From contig OZ245842.1 in NCBI GenBank assembly GCA_965228895.1, positions 1,504,001 through 1,568,000 on the forward strand: a stretch of DNA of 64,000 nt, given 5' to 3'. The position numbers were made by a program, and so were the translations under genes. Shown here piece by piece: positions 1 through 8,130 of the stretch (positions within the stretch are counted from its first letter, which is position 1; every line of letters starts with the position of its first letter). A model generated the notes under the pieces. It saw only the letters and a program-made list of their open reading frames with translations. It was not told where the DNA came from and searched no databases. Source of the stretch: Alphaproteobacteria bacterium. GTDB lineage: Bacteria > Pseudomonadota > Alphaproteobacteria > SP197.

Positions 1-870
1 GGCATCGAGACGGATCTGACTGTGACCCGTCTGGGCGAGCAGAGGTTTTTGGTCGTGACGGGGTCGACCACCAGACTGCACGACTGGGATTGGATGGCGC
101 GCAACATGGATTCAGGCGCGAACGTCACGATGACCGACGTGACATCGGGCTTCGCCGTCCTTGGCGTCATGGGACCGAAATCGCGTGCGCTTCTGTCGTC
201 GCTGACGGACGCCGACCTCTCCAACGAGTCCTTTCCGTTCGGCACCTCCCAGGAGTTCGGCCTTGGGTATGCCCTGGTGCGTGGTCAGCGGGTTTCCTAT
301 GTTGGCGATCTCGGTTGGGAGCTCTATGTGCCCATCGAGTTTGCCGCCCACGTCCACGAGGTTTTGGTTGGTGCTGGTGCCGACTACGGCCTGCGCCACG
401 CCGGCCTGCACTGCCAGGACTGCCTGCGCCTCGAAAAGGGCTTCAAGCACTGGGGCCATGATATCGGGCCAGAGGATACGCCGATCGAGGCGGGGCTGGG
501 CTTTGCCGTCGCGCGCAACAAGAATGTCGATTACATCGGCCGCGAAGCGATCACCGCGCAACGTGAGAACGGCGTTAACCGGCGTCTGGCGATCTTCACC
601 GTCGACGGTGCGCCCGGTGCGCCGCGCATGCTGCACGAAGAACCGATCTGGCGAGACGGTACGTTGGTCGGCACGACCACGTCCGGCGGCTATGCCTATT
701 CGATCGATAAACCGATCTCCATGGGCTATGTCGAGTCCAATGACGGCCCGATCAGCCGGGACGATGTGCTGTCGGCGAGCTATGAGATCGAGATCGCCGG
801 TGAACGGTTCCCGGCCAATGTGTCGCTCTCGGCGCCGTTCGATCCCAAGGGCGAGCGCATGCGCGGCTGA
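1..870 (+). CDS. GcvT-family aminomethyltransferase / dimethylglycine- or sarcosine-dehydrogenase-like flavoprotein, C-terminal part (5' truncated by window)
   Basis: Frame open from base 1 (GIETDLTVTRL); motifs SYVGDLGWELY, LRLEKGFKHWGHDI, TTSGGY, APFDPKGERMR. Confidence 0.9.
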   Translation, partial: GIETDLTVTRLGEQRFLVVTGSTTRLHDWDWMARNMDSGANVTMTDVTSGFAVLGVMGPKSRALLSSLTDADLSNESFPFGTSQEFGLGYALVRGQRVSYVGDLGWELYVPIEFAAHVHEVLVGAGADYGLRHAGLHCQDCLRLEKGFKHWGHDIGPEDTPIEAGLGFAVARNKNVDYIGREAITAQRENGVNRRLAIFTVDGAPGAPRMLHEEPIWRDGTLVGTTTSGGYAYSIDKPISMGYVESNDGPISRDDVLSASYEIEIAGERFPANVSLSAPFDPKGERMRG

Positions 871-902
871 TGGCCGAGAACAGGTAGTTAGGAGAAGTCA
901 CC

Positions 903-1325
903 ATGCCCTTGTTGGAGCGCTCCAAGAAAGTCGCGGCGCCTGCCGCTGAAGTCTGGGCGCTGATCGGGCCGTTCGATGGCATGGCCAACTGGCACCCGGC
1001 GGTCATCGCGTGCCACAGCAGCGGATCCGGTGAGGGCCAGGAGCGCGAGCTGGTCGTTGTCGGCAATATTCGGTTGAGAGAGCGTCTGGTCGCCCATGAT
1101 GACGCGGCAATGAGCTATCGGTACGTCGTCGTTGATGGGCCGCTGCCGGTTGAAGGTTATGTGTCGACCTTGTCGATCTCGGACAATGGCGACAGCACAT
1201 CGACGGTGACATGGTCCGCCGAATACCATCTTGCGGGGGCGCCGGAAGACATCGCCCGTGAGGCGATCGGCGGCATCTATGATGCCGGCTTGCAAAGCCT
1301 GGGCGACCGATTCGGCGCAAGCTGA
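903..1325 (+). CDS. SRPBCC / polyketide cyclase-dehydrase family protein (MxaD-like)
   Basis: APAAEVWALIGPF..WHP and TVTWSAEY..IYDAGL pattern; AGGAG RBS. Confidence 0.85.
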   Translation: MPLLERSKKVAAPAAEVWALIGPFDGMANWHPAVIACHSSGSGEGQERELVVVGNIRLRERLVAHDDAAMSYRYVVVDGPLPVEGYVSTLSISDNGDSTSTVTWSAEYHLAGAPEDIAREAIGGIYDAGLQSLGDRFGAS

Positions 1326-1339
1326 CAGTCGTGCTGATT

Positions 1340-1440
1340 GAGAGAGAAGAGGGGGTGCGGCGCGGACCCCTTGGGATCGGGTGGCATAGGATCCGCGCCG
1401 CAGTGGGTCCTGAACCTGGAGGGTTCTTTTCCCTACCCAT
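1340..1440 (-). ncRNA. Candidate small RNA or structured 3' element (two hairpins, CCUCC loop)
   Basis: 14-bp stem 1356-1402 with one pair that is U.G only on the minus strand; second hairpin GAACC-CUCCA-GGUUC; pyrimidine tail. Confidence 0.35.
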
Positions 1441-1501
1441 AAATTAGCGTGGCACCGCCGAAATGCTCATATCGATGGTCAATTGAGTTGATGCACAGTG
1501 T

Positions 1502-1975
1502 CTATGGCGCGTTCTCTCGCCACACCCACGGCTCGACAAACTCGGTTGCCCATAGGCCCCGGCTGTCTTCAACGGCGCCGTCTTTGATCGCATCGTAAGC
1601 GGTCCAGCCGGGTAGCGGCAGCGCCCAGCCGGTGTAGACCATGTTGCCGCCAACATCGAAACCGTCGGCGGTACAGTGGGCTGTCATGAGTTCGTCATCT
1701 TGAGGGCCGCGGGGTTCGCAGACGACGTCGACTGCTGTCACCAGATCGAGCAGCGCCGCGCGCGCGATCGTGCCGCAGTCGACCTCGTTGTCGAACCGTA
1801 TGCATGTCTGGCCAAGCTCCGGCGCATCGATTCCCTCAAGTCGAATCGTGCGGCCATCAACTTCAAGCGTATCGCCGTCCAGAACCGTTGCTGGACCGCT
1901 CAGCACGTCCGCCGATACCGAGCTGGTGCTGGCGGCGAGCATAACGATCAACGGGATGAAGCATCGCATGGTCAC
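1502..1975 (-). CDS. Secreted thermonuclease (SNase-like) family protein
   Basis: Signal peptide; VLDGDTL, IRLEGIDAPE, GLWA..FVEPW motifs. Confidence 0.85.
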   Translation of the reverse strand: MTMRCFIPLIVMLAASTSSVSADVLSGPATVLDGDTLEVDGRTIRLEGIDAPELGQTCIRFDNEVDCGTIARAALLDLVTAVDVVCEPRGPQDDELMTAHCTADGFDVGGNMVYTGWALPLPGWTAYDAIKDGAVEDSRGLWATEFVEPWVWRENAP

Positions 1976-2026
1976 GCCATAGCATCATGCCGTGCTGAGC
2001 GGGAGTCACAGGCTTTCACAAGCCGG

Positions 2027-2830
2027 TCACTGCTTTAGCTTGTAGCCGGACGCAACCATCGCAGTCAGGCCGACGATCCCGGCGGTGGTTATGAGCCCTG
2101 TCAGCAATGCCGACTGCAGCAGCGGCGATTCGCCGAAGCCGATGAGGCCCTGACGCGCACCGTCGATGATCCAGAAAAACGGGCTAAACTGGGCGAGATC
2201 GGCCAAAAATGGGCTATAGGCGTTGACCGGAAAGAACACGCCGGAGAGAAAAATCGCCGGGGTGATCAGAAAATTCATGACCGTGGCAACGTGATCGTAC
2301 TTCTCGGCGTAAATTCCGGCGGCGATGCCGGCGCTCGCCATAAGCATGGCGCTGGCAACGGCAAAAGACAGCAGTATCAAAATGTCGACAGGCATGATGG
2401 TGACGAAGGGCTGCATGGCGATGGCCACCAGCAGGCCGTTCAGGAGACCGCCGGCCGTGCCGGCCAGGACATGAGCGCCGACAAACTCGGTCGGCCGGAG
2501 TGGCGCCGAGAGTTGTGCTTCGATCGTGCCGCGGATCTTCGCATCGATGGTCGACCAGGCGGAGACCTCGAAGGCGCTTGTCATCACGGTCATGGCGACG
2601 AGACCGGGCGCCAGAAAGACCAGAAACGGAACGCCTTCGATATCCCGGCGCAGGCCGCCCAGCGCCAGATCGAAGACGGCCATGAGCAACAGCGTGGTCA
2701 GCACCGGCGCACCGATGGCGTAGGGCCAGGCCTTGAGATAGCGGCGGAACTCCATCCAGAACAGAGTCCGCACGCCCATCCAGTTGAGCACGGGCAGTGG
2801 CGAGAGTGGCTTGGCCTGGGGCGGGTTCAT
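2027..2830 (-). CDS. ABC-2 type transporter permease (YadH-like)
   Basis: About six TM helices; FLAPGL, FLSGVFFP, PFFWIIDGAR. Confidence 0.85.
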   Translation of the reverse strand: MNPPQAKPLSPLPVLNWMGVRTLFWMEFRRYLKAWPYAIGAPVLTTLLLMAVFDLALGGLRRDIEGVPFLVFLAPGLVAMTVMTSAFEVSAWSTIDAKIRGTIEAQLSAPLRPTEFVGAHVLAGTAGGLLNGLLVAIAMQPFVTIMPVDILILLSFAVASAMLMASAGIAAGIYAEKYDHVATVMNFLITPAIFLSGVFFPVNAYSPFLADLAQFSPFFWIIDGARQGLIGFGESPLLQSALLTGLITTAGIVGLTAMVASGYKLKQ

Positions 2831-2914
2831 GGCGCGAAACTATCGTCGCTGGCGTTACCGGACAAGAACGCGCTAAGACATGGCAGACCGAACATGCAGG
2901 GAGTTGGTGACGCT

Positions 2915-3700
2915 ATGACTTTCGAGACGATCCTGTTTGATGCTGAAGACGGCGTTGCCCGCATCACTCTCAACCGTCCGGACCGGCTGAACGCGTTGAC
3001 ACCGCAAATGTTCAGCGATCTCGCCGACGCACTCGACAGGGTCGAGGCTGACGCCGACCTGCGCTGCCTGATGATCACCGGCGCCGGCCGTGGTTTTTGC
3101 GCCGGTGCCGATCTGACGGCGCGCGACATGGAAAGCGAAACGCCGGATCTCGAAAATTCGCTGGTTACCCGCTACAACCCGCTCGTCATGAGGCTGACGG
3201 GCATGGCGTGTCCGGTCGTGGCTGCGGTGAACGGTGTCGCGGCCGGGGCCGGCTGCAATCTGGCGTTGGCCGCCGATATCGTCATCGCCGGACGTTCGGC
3301 CTCATTCATGCAGGCATTCGTCAAGATCGGTTTGATGCCCGATGCCGGCGGCACCTGGATCCTGCCGCGTCTGGTTGGCCAAGCGCGCGCCATGGGTCTC
3401 GCCATGATGGGTGAGCCCTTGCCGGCGGAGCAGGCGGCGGCCTGGGGGCTCATCTGGTCGTGTGTCGATGACGAGGCACTCGCCGCCGACGCTCAGGGAA
3501 TCGCCGCCGGTTTTGCCAAGGGACCGACACGGGCGCTGGCCGACATCAAGGCCGCCATCCGCGCGTCGAGTGGCAATGACCTTGAAACCCAACTGGCCCT
3601 CGAAGCACGGCTTCAACATGGCCTCGGCCAGTCGCAGGACTACCGCGAAGGCGTTGGCGCGTTCCGCGAAAAGCGGCCCGCCGTCTTCAAAGGAGCCTAG
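2915..3700 (+). CDS. paaG: Crotonase-family enoyl-CoA hydratase/isomerase, PaaG-like
   Basis: TLNRPDRLNA, GRGFCAGADL, YNPLV, AVNGVAAGAG, GLMPDAGGTWILPRLVG; start set at ATG 2915. Confidence 0.75.
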   Translation: MTFETILFDAEDGVARITLNRPDRLNALTPQMFSDLADALDRVEADADLRCLMITGAGRGFCAGADLTARDMESETPDLENSLVTRYNPLVMRLTGMACPVVAAVNGVAAGAGCNLALAADIVIAGRSASFMQAFVKIGLMPDAGGTWILPRLVGQARAMGLAMMGEPLPAEQAAAWGLIWSCVDDEALAADAQGIAAGFAKGPTRALADIKAAIRASSGNDLETQLALEARLQHGLGQSQDYREGVGAFREKRPAVFKGA

Positions 3701-3705
3701 GCGCC

Positions 3706-4080
3706 GTGGCGGCACCACCGACAATCACCGTCACCTGGGGCGAGCTGTTTGATCGTATTGCCGATCTGGAGCTGGCGCTGGAGCAAGGCACCGATGCGAC
3801 GGTGCAAAGTGGCATTGAGGAAAATCTGGAACTGCTGCGCGATCAGGCTCGGGCCGATGCGCCCGGCGCGGTTCACGCCGTTGCTAGCGAGCTGAAGGAC
3901 GTCGCGCGCGAGATCGTCAGGTTGGATGCGGAGATTGCTGCGTTCGCCAACGACAGCGCGACAACAACGGCTTTTGTGGAGCTTGTTCGCGACCACCGCA
4001 GCCAGCGTGCCAAGCGGTTGGAACTGAGGACCAGCATCGACCATTTGATGCGTGATGACACCGAAGGGAGACACGATTGA
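3706..4080 (+). CDS. Helical hypothetical protein, DUF6165-like
   Basis: ITVTWGELFDRIADLEL N-terminus and R.ELR..ID C-terminus resemble DUF6165; overlaps next start. Confidence 0.55.
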   Translation: MAAPPTITVTWGELFDRIADLELALEQGTDATVQSGIEENLELLRDQARADAPGAVHAVASELKDVAREIVRLDAEIAAFANDSATTTAFVELVRDHRSQRAKRLELRTSIDHLMRDDTEGRHD

Positions 4081-5132
4081 GCCATCGTATCGCGGTGATT
4101 CCCGGTGACGGCATCGGCAAGGAAGTGGTGCCCGAGGGTTTGCGTGTTCTGGATGCTGTCGGCGCCAAAATGGGCATCGATTTCGACTGGACCAGTTTCG
4201 ACTGGAGCTGCGAGACCTATGCCCAAACCGGCCGCATGATGCCGGAAGACGGTCTCGATCAGCTCGCCGCGTTCGATGCGATCTTTCTGGGCGCTGTCGG
4301 TTTTCCCGGCGTGCCCGATCATGTTTCGCTGTGGGGTCTCCTGATCCCGATCCGCCGTGCGATGGATCAGTACGTCAACCTCAGACCGGTGCGCCTGTTC
4401 GACGGTGTGCCCTGTCCACTTGCCGGGCGCGGAACGGACGATATCGACTTCTGGGTCGTGCGTGAGAACACCGAAGGCGAGTACTCGCAGATCGGTGGGA
4501 GGATTTACGAAGGCACCGAGCACGAGATGGTGACCCAGAACGCGGTCTTCACGCGCCACGGGACCGACCGCATCCTGCGTTACGCGTTCGATCTCGCGAA
4601 CAGCAGGCCGAAGAAGCATCTGACGTCGGCGACCAAGTCGAACGGCATCTTTCATACCATGCCGTTCTGGGATGAACGTGTTGCGGCGATGGCGGCGGAC
4701 TATCCTGATGTGGCGGTCGACCAGTACCACATCGACATCCTGACGGCGCACTTCGTGCGCAACCCCGACTGGTTCGATGTCGTCGTCGGCTCCAACCTGT
4801 TCGGCGACATCCTGTCGGACCTGGGCCCGGCGGTCGCCGGCAGTATCGGGATCGCGCCCTCGGCGAACATCAATCCGGCCGGCGAAAAACCTTCTATGTT
4901 CGAACCGGTTCATGGGTCGGCGCCCGATATCGCCGGTCAAGGTATCGCCAACCCGATCGGCCAGATCTGGGCGGGCGCCATGATGCTGGATCACCTCGGT
5001 CACGCGGAGGCCGGGCAGACCGTCATCGCCGCCATCGAACGAGTGCTGAAAGACGGCAAGCGGCTCACACCGGACCTGGGCGGAAGCGCCACGACAGAAC
5101 AGCTTGGCAAAGCCATCGCCGCAGACCTTTGA
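4077..5132 (+). CDS. ttuC: Tartrate dehydrogenase / D-malate dehydrogenase (decarboxylating)
   Basis: IPGDGIGKEV, VPDHVSLWGLL, RENTEGEYS, TSATKSNGI, FEPVHGSAPDIAG. Confidence 0.88.
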   Translation: MSHRIAVIPGDGIGKEVVPEGLRVLDAVGAKMGIDFDWTSFDWSCETYAQTGRMMPEDGLDQLAAFDAIFLGAVGFPGVPDHVSLWGLLIPIRRAMDQYVNLRPVRLFDGVPCPLAGRGTDDIDFWVVRENTEGEYSQIGGRIYEGTEHEMVTQNAVFTRHGTDRILRYAFDLANSRPKKHLTSATKSNGIFHTMPFWDERVAAMAADYPDVAVDQYHIDILTAHFVRNPDWFDVVVGSNLFGDILSDLGPAVAGSIGIAPSANINPAGEKPSMFEPVHGSAPDIAGQGIANPIGQIWAGAMMLDHLGHAEAGQTVIAAIERVLKDGKRLTPDLGGSATTEQLGKAIAADL

Positions 5133-5159
5133 GGCTTAAGTAACGTTTCCGTGTGCGGC

Positions 5160-5186
5160 GCAACTTAATGGCGCGCCGACCGTACT
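5160..5186 (+). promoter_or_regulatory. Possible ECF-sigma promoter (GCAACT-N15-CGTA) upstream of the ferritin-like gene
   Basis: AAC-type -35 and CGT-type -10 typical of ECF promoters; an ECF sigma lies two genes downstream. Confidence 0.35.
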
Positions 5187-5236
5187 TCTCGATGTTGCCC
5201 GCCTAGGGCCGACCCTGCAACGAGGAGACTGATACG

Positions 5237-5845
5237 ATGAACACAAACGAAAATTCGGTTCTGACAACGTCCGCTTCGCGCCGCCGTTTCTTGGTCCGCG
5301 GTTCGACCGCGACCCTGTCGGCGACGGCGGTGGCGCTTATCATGGGCCGCGAAAGCCTTGCCGCCAGCAACCAGGCGCTCGACAAAGACATGACCGGTAG
5401 CGATGTCGCCATTTTGAATGTCGCGCTATCGCTGGAGTGGGAAGCGATCGGTGCCTATCAGATCGGTGCTGAGAGCGGTCTGTTGTCGGGTGACGTGTTG
5501 GACGTCGCCGTGCTGTTCCAAAGTCAGCACAAGGAACATGCCGAAGCGCTGCGAGGCGCTATCGTCAAGCTGGGCGGCACGCCCGTCGAGGCCGAGCCTC
5601 AGGATTTTTACGTCCAATCGCTCAACGTTGCTTCGGTCGCCAACGGCATGGATGTGCTGAAGCTTGCGGCGCGCCTCGAAAAGGGCGCGGCCAACGCCTA
5701 TCTGGGTGTCATTCCGTCGTTCGAGGATCCCGACTTCGCTCAGATCTGCGGTCGCCTGGCGGCTGACGAAACGATGCATTGGACCTTCCTTAACAGTGCG
5801 CTCAATCAGCCGTTGCCGCGTGCGGCGTTCACCTTTGGCGCCTGA
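5237..5845 (+). CDS. Tat-exported ferritin-like domain protein
   Basis: SRRRFL Tat motif; LNVALSLE..AY, HKEH, LE..AANAY, DETMH di-metal pattern; GAGGAG RBS. Confidence 0.85.
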   Translation: MNTNENSVLTTSASRRRFLVRGSTATLSATAVALIMGRESLAASNQALDKDMTGSDVAILNVALSLEWEAIGAYQIGAESGLLSGDVLDVAVLFQSQHKEHAEALRGAIVKLGGTPVEAEPQDFYVQSLNVASVANGMDVLKLAARLEKGAANAYLGVIPSFEDPDFAQICGRLAADETMHWTFLNSALNQPLPRAAFTFGA

Positions 5846-5907
5846 TGATGCGTAACTCCCGCCGGAGGATCGGCCGGCGGGAGACCATCAGGCAAGAGGA
5901 TCCGAAC

Positions 5908-6306
5908 ATGATGAACCCGAATACGATCATGACGACCACATGCCGCGGCGCATTTTCGCTGGCATTCATATGGTTGACGGCGACGACCGCATTCGCCGCA
6001 CCCATGGGTGACCCGGTGCGCGGGCAGATGGTCTATGAGAAATGCGCCGGCTGCCATTCGCTCGACGCCAACCGTGTCGGGCCGAAGCATCGCGATGTCT
6101 TCGGCCGGACCGCGGGTAGCCTGACCGATTTTTCCTATTCGAACGCACTGGCGTCTTCCGACATTACCTGGGACGAGGAAACCCTCGATGCCTGGCTCAC
6201 CAATCCCGGCGGGTTCATTCGCGGCAGTCGGATGGGATTTCGCCTGTCGGACGCCCAGGACAGAGCCGATGTCATCGCCTATCTGAAGGCGGTCAGCGAG
6301 GAGTGA
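5908..6306 (+). CDS. Class I cytochrome c (c2-like)
   Basis: Signal peptide; CAGCH heme motif, VGP, TWDEETLDAWL, distal Met in GSRM. Confidence 0.9.
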   Translation: MMNPNTIMTTTCRGAFSLAFIWLTATTAFAAPMGDPVRGQMVYEKCAGCHSLDANRVGPKHRDVFGRTAGSLTDFSYSNALASSDITWDEETLDAWLTNPGGFIRGSRMGFRLSDAQDRADVIAYLKAVSEE

Positions 6307-6406
6307 TATGAACGAGGGGGACATCCATCCTTCCCTTACCGACGTTGGTGTTGGTGGCCCGAACCTTTGCGGCGTACTATCGGGCGCCATTTCCAGCGGC
6401 GCGATT

Positions 6407-6967
6407 ATGGACGTCCAGCCCAAACTCGATGATGCCTCGCGATTGCTTGCCGCAAGTGCCGGCGGCGATCGCGCGGCATTCGCCTCGCTTTATCAGCTCG
6501 CCTCCAAGCGGCTTTTTGCCGTCAGCCTCCGAATCGTCGATCGGCGGGATTGGGCCGAGGAAGTCGTTCAGGAGGCCTTCGTGCGTATCTGGCGGCGGGC
6601 CTCATCGTTCGACAGCGAGCGCGGCGGCGCCATGGCATGGATGGTGACGATCACCCGGAATCTGGCAATTGATCGTCTGCGTCACGAAAGGACGCAAACG
6701 ACAGAAAGCGTCAATGACGGTGGTGATGGAAAGCTGACGGAACCCAGCGCCGACCTGATGGACGACATCCTGCGCAACGACGCCAGTCGTGCCCTGGAGC
6801 GCTGTTTGCGGACCCTCGGGGACGAGCCGCGGCGCGCCATTTTGTTGGCATATTGCTGGGGCTATAGTTATGACGAGCTATCGCAGGTTTTCGACGCACC
6901 GGCCAACACAGTGAAAAGCTGGACGCGGCGTGGCCTGCTGCGTCTAAGGGTCTGTTTGAGCCAATGA
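6407..6967 (+). CDS. ECF RNA polymerase sigma factor (SigK-like)
   Basis: AEEVVQEAF..IW, WMVTITRNLAIDRLR, NTVKSWTRRGL. Confidence 0.9.
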   Translation: MDVQPKLDDASRLLAASAGGDRAAFASLYQLASKRLFAVSLRIVDRRDWAEEVVQEAFVRIWRRASSFDSERGGAMAWMVTITRNLAIDRLRHERTQTTESVNDGGDGKLTEPSADLMDDILRNDASRALERCLRTLGDEPRRAILLAYCWGYSYDELSQVFDAPANTVKSWTRRGLLRLRVCLSQ

Positions 6968-7521
6968 CGGATAAAACGCGAAACGATGACATGACCGAGG
7001 TCCTGGCGGGTGAGTACGTCCTGGGCACGTTGCAAGGCAGCCCGCGCCAGCGTTTCGAGGAACGGCTGGCCGATGATCCGTTGGCGGCCGCGGCCGTCGC
7101 TGCCTGGGAAAAAAGGCTCTCTCCGCTGCTGGAAACGACTGATGATGTATCGCCTCCCGATCACCTTTGGTCCGCGATAGAGGCGCGCTTGGACGATGAA
7201 CCGAGCGCCGCCGACATCGTTACGGTTCACGCCGGCGAGGGGGCATGGCAGTCCGTTGCGCCTGGCGTCGATGTGAAGGTGTTGTATCGGGAGGCCGCGG
7301 AGAACATCGAATCCTTGCTGGTTCGTCTGGCTGCCGGCGCGCGCTTTCCCAGCCATGACCACCCTTCCGACGAGGAGTGCATGATGTTGAGCGGCGATCT
7401 GACGTTCGGCGATCTGACGCTTCGCGCCGGCGATTATCATCGCATGCCCAAAGGCGTGCCACATCCCGATGGATTTTCGAAGGAGGGAGCACTTGTCTAT
7501 GTTCGTGCCCAGATTGCCTGA
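6964..7521 (+). CDS. Anti-sigma factor with RskA-like N-terminus and ChrR-like cupin
   Basis: LAGEYVLGTL, PPDHLW.AIEARL, then PSHDH..EEC..LSGD cupin; ATGA overlap with the sigma stop. Confidence 0.8.
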   Translation: MTDKTRNDDMTEVLAGEYVLGTLQGSPRQRFEERLADDPLAAAAVAAWEKRLSPLLETTDDVSPPDHLWSAIEARLDDEPSAADIVTVHAGEGAWQSVAPGVDVKVLYREAAENIESLLVRLAAGARFPSHDHPSDEECMMLSGDLTFGDLTLRAGDYHRMPKGVPHPDGFSKEGALVYVRAQIA

Positions 7522-7984
7522 CGTAACTGCCCGTAGTTCCAGGTACCTGGCCCGATGTTTGGGCCTGGGGGTGGCTGCTCTCGCCGCGTTGATGATGGCC
7601 GCCTGCGAGACGGTGTCGGAGGTAACGGGTCCGAGCTATCCCTATGAGGGTACGGCGTGGGTCGTTGAGGATATCGACGGTAACGGCGTTATCGATTTCG
7701 CGCAGACCCGAATAGCGTTCGCCGATGACGGGCGCGTCAACGGCAACGGTGGCTGCAACACGTTCTTCGGCTCCTACCAGATCGCAGAGGACGTCGTCCG
7801 CTTCAGCCCCATGGCGACGACGCAGATGCTGTGTGAGCCGGCTGTGTTTGACCAGGAGGTCGCGTTCATGAATGCCCTCGATCGTGTTGAGGCGATCCGC
7901 GTCGAAGAGGGCATCATGTATATGGACGACGCCGAGGGCGCCACGATCCTGCGTCTGTGGGAAGTCGAGGCCGTCGAGGAGTAG
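7499..7984 (+). CDS. META domain lipoprotein (HslJ-like)
   Basis: Lipoprotein-like signal ending AAC; GNGGCNTFFGSY, ATTQMLC, QE..F..AL; start uncertain. Confidence 0.8.
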   Translation: MFVPRLPDVTARSSRYLARCLGLGVAALAALMMAACETVSEVTGPSYPYEGTAWVVEDIDGNGVIDFAQTRIAFADDGRVNGNGGCNTFFGSYQIAEDVVRFSPMATTQMLCEPAVFDQEVAFMNALDRVEAIRVEEGIMYMDDAEGATILRLWEVEAVEE

Positions 7985-8130
7985 GCTCTCCGCGCTGACC
8001 CCGGTTCCGTCTCTCCACGAGGCAATCGGCTTGTTTGCCGGCTGGTTGCCCGCCTATCATGAGCCCGTTCGCTGCGTCGGCTGTCGGCCGCGCCGGGGAC
8101 ACTTCCTTTGTAGGAACGAGGAGTGGGGCT

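Noticed and set aside
2291-2914. 208-aa N-terminal extension on the PaaG ORF
   Set aside because: It overlaps the opposite-strand permease; crotonase homology starts at ATG 2915.
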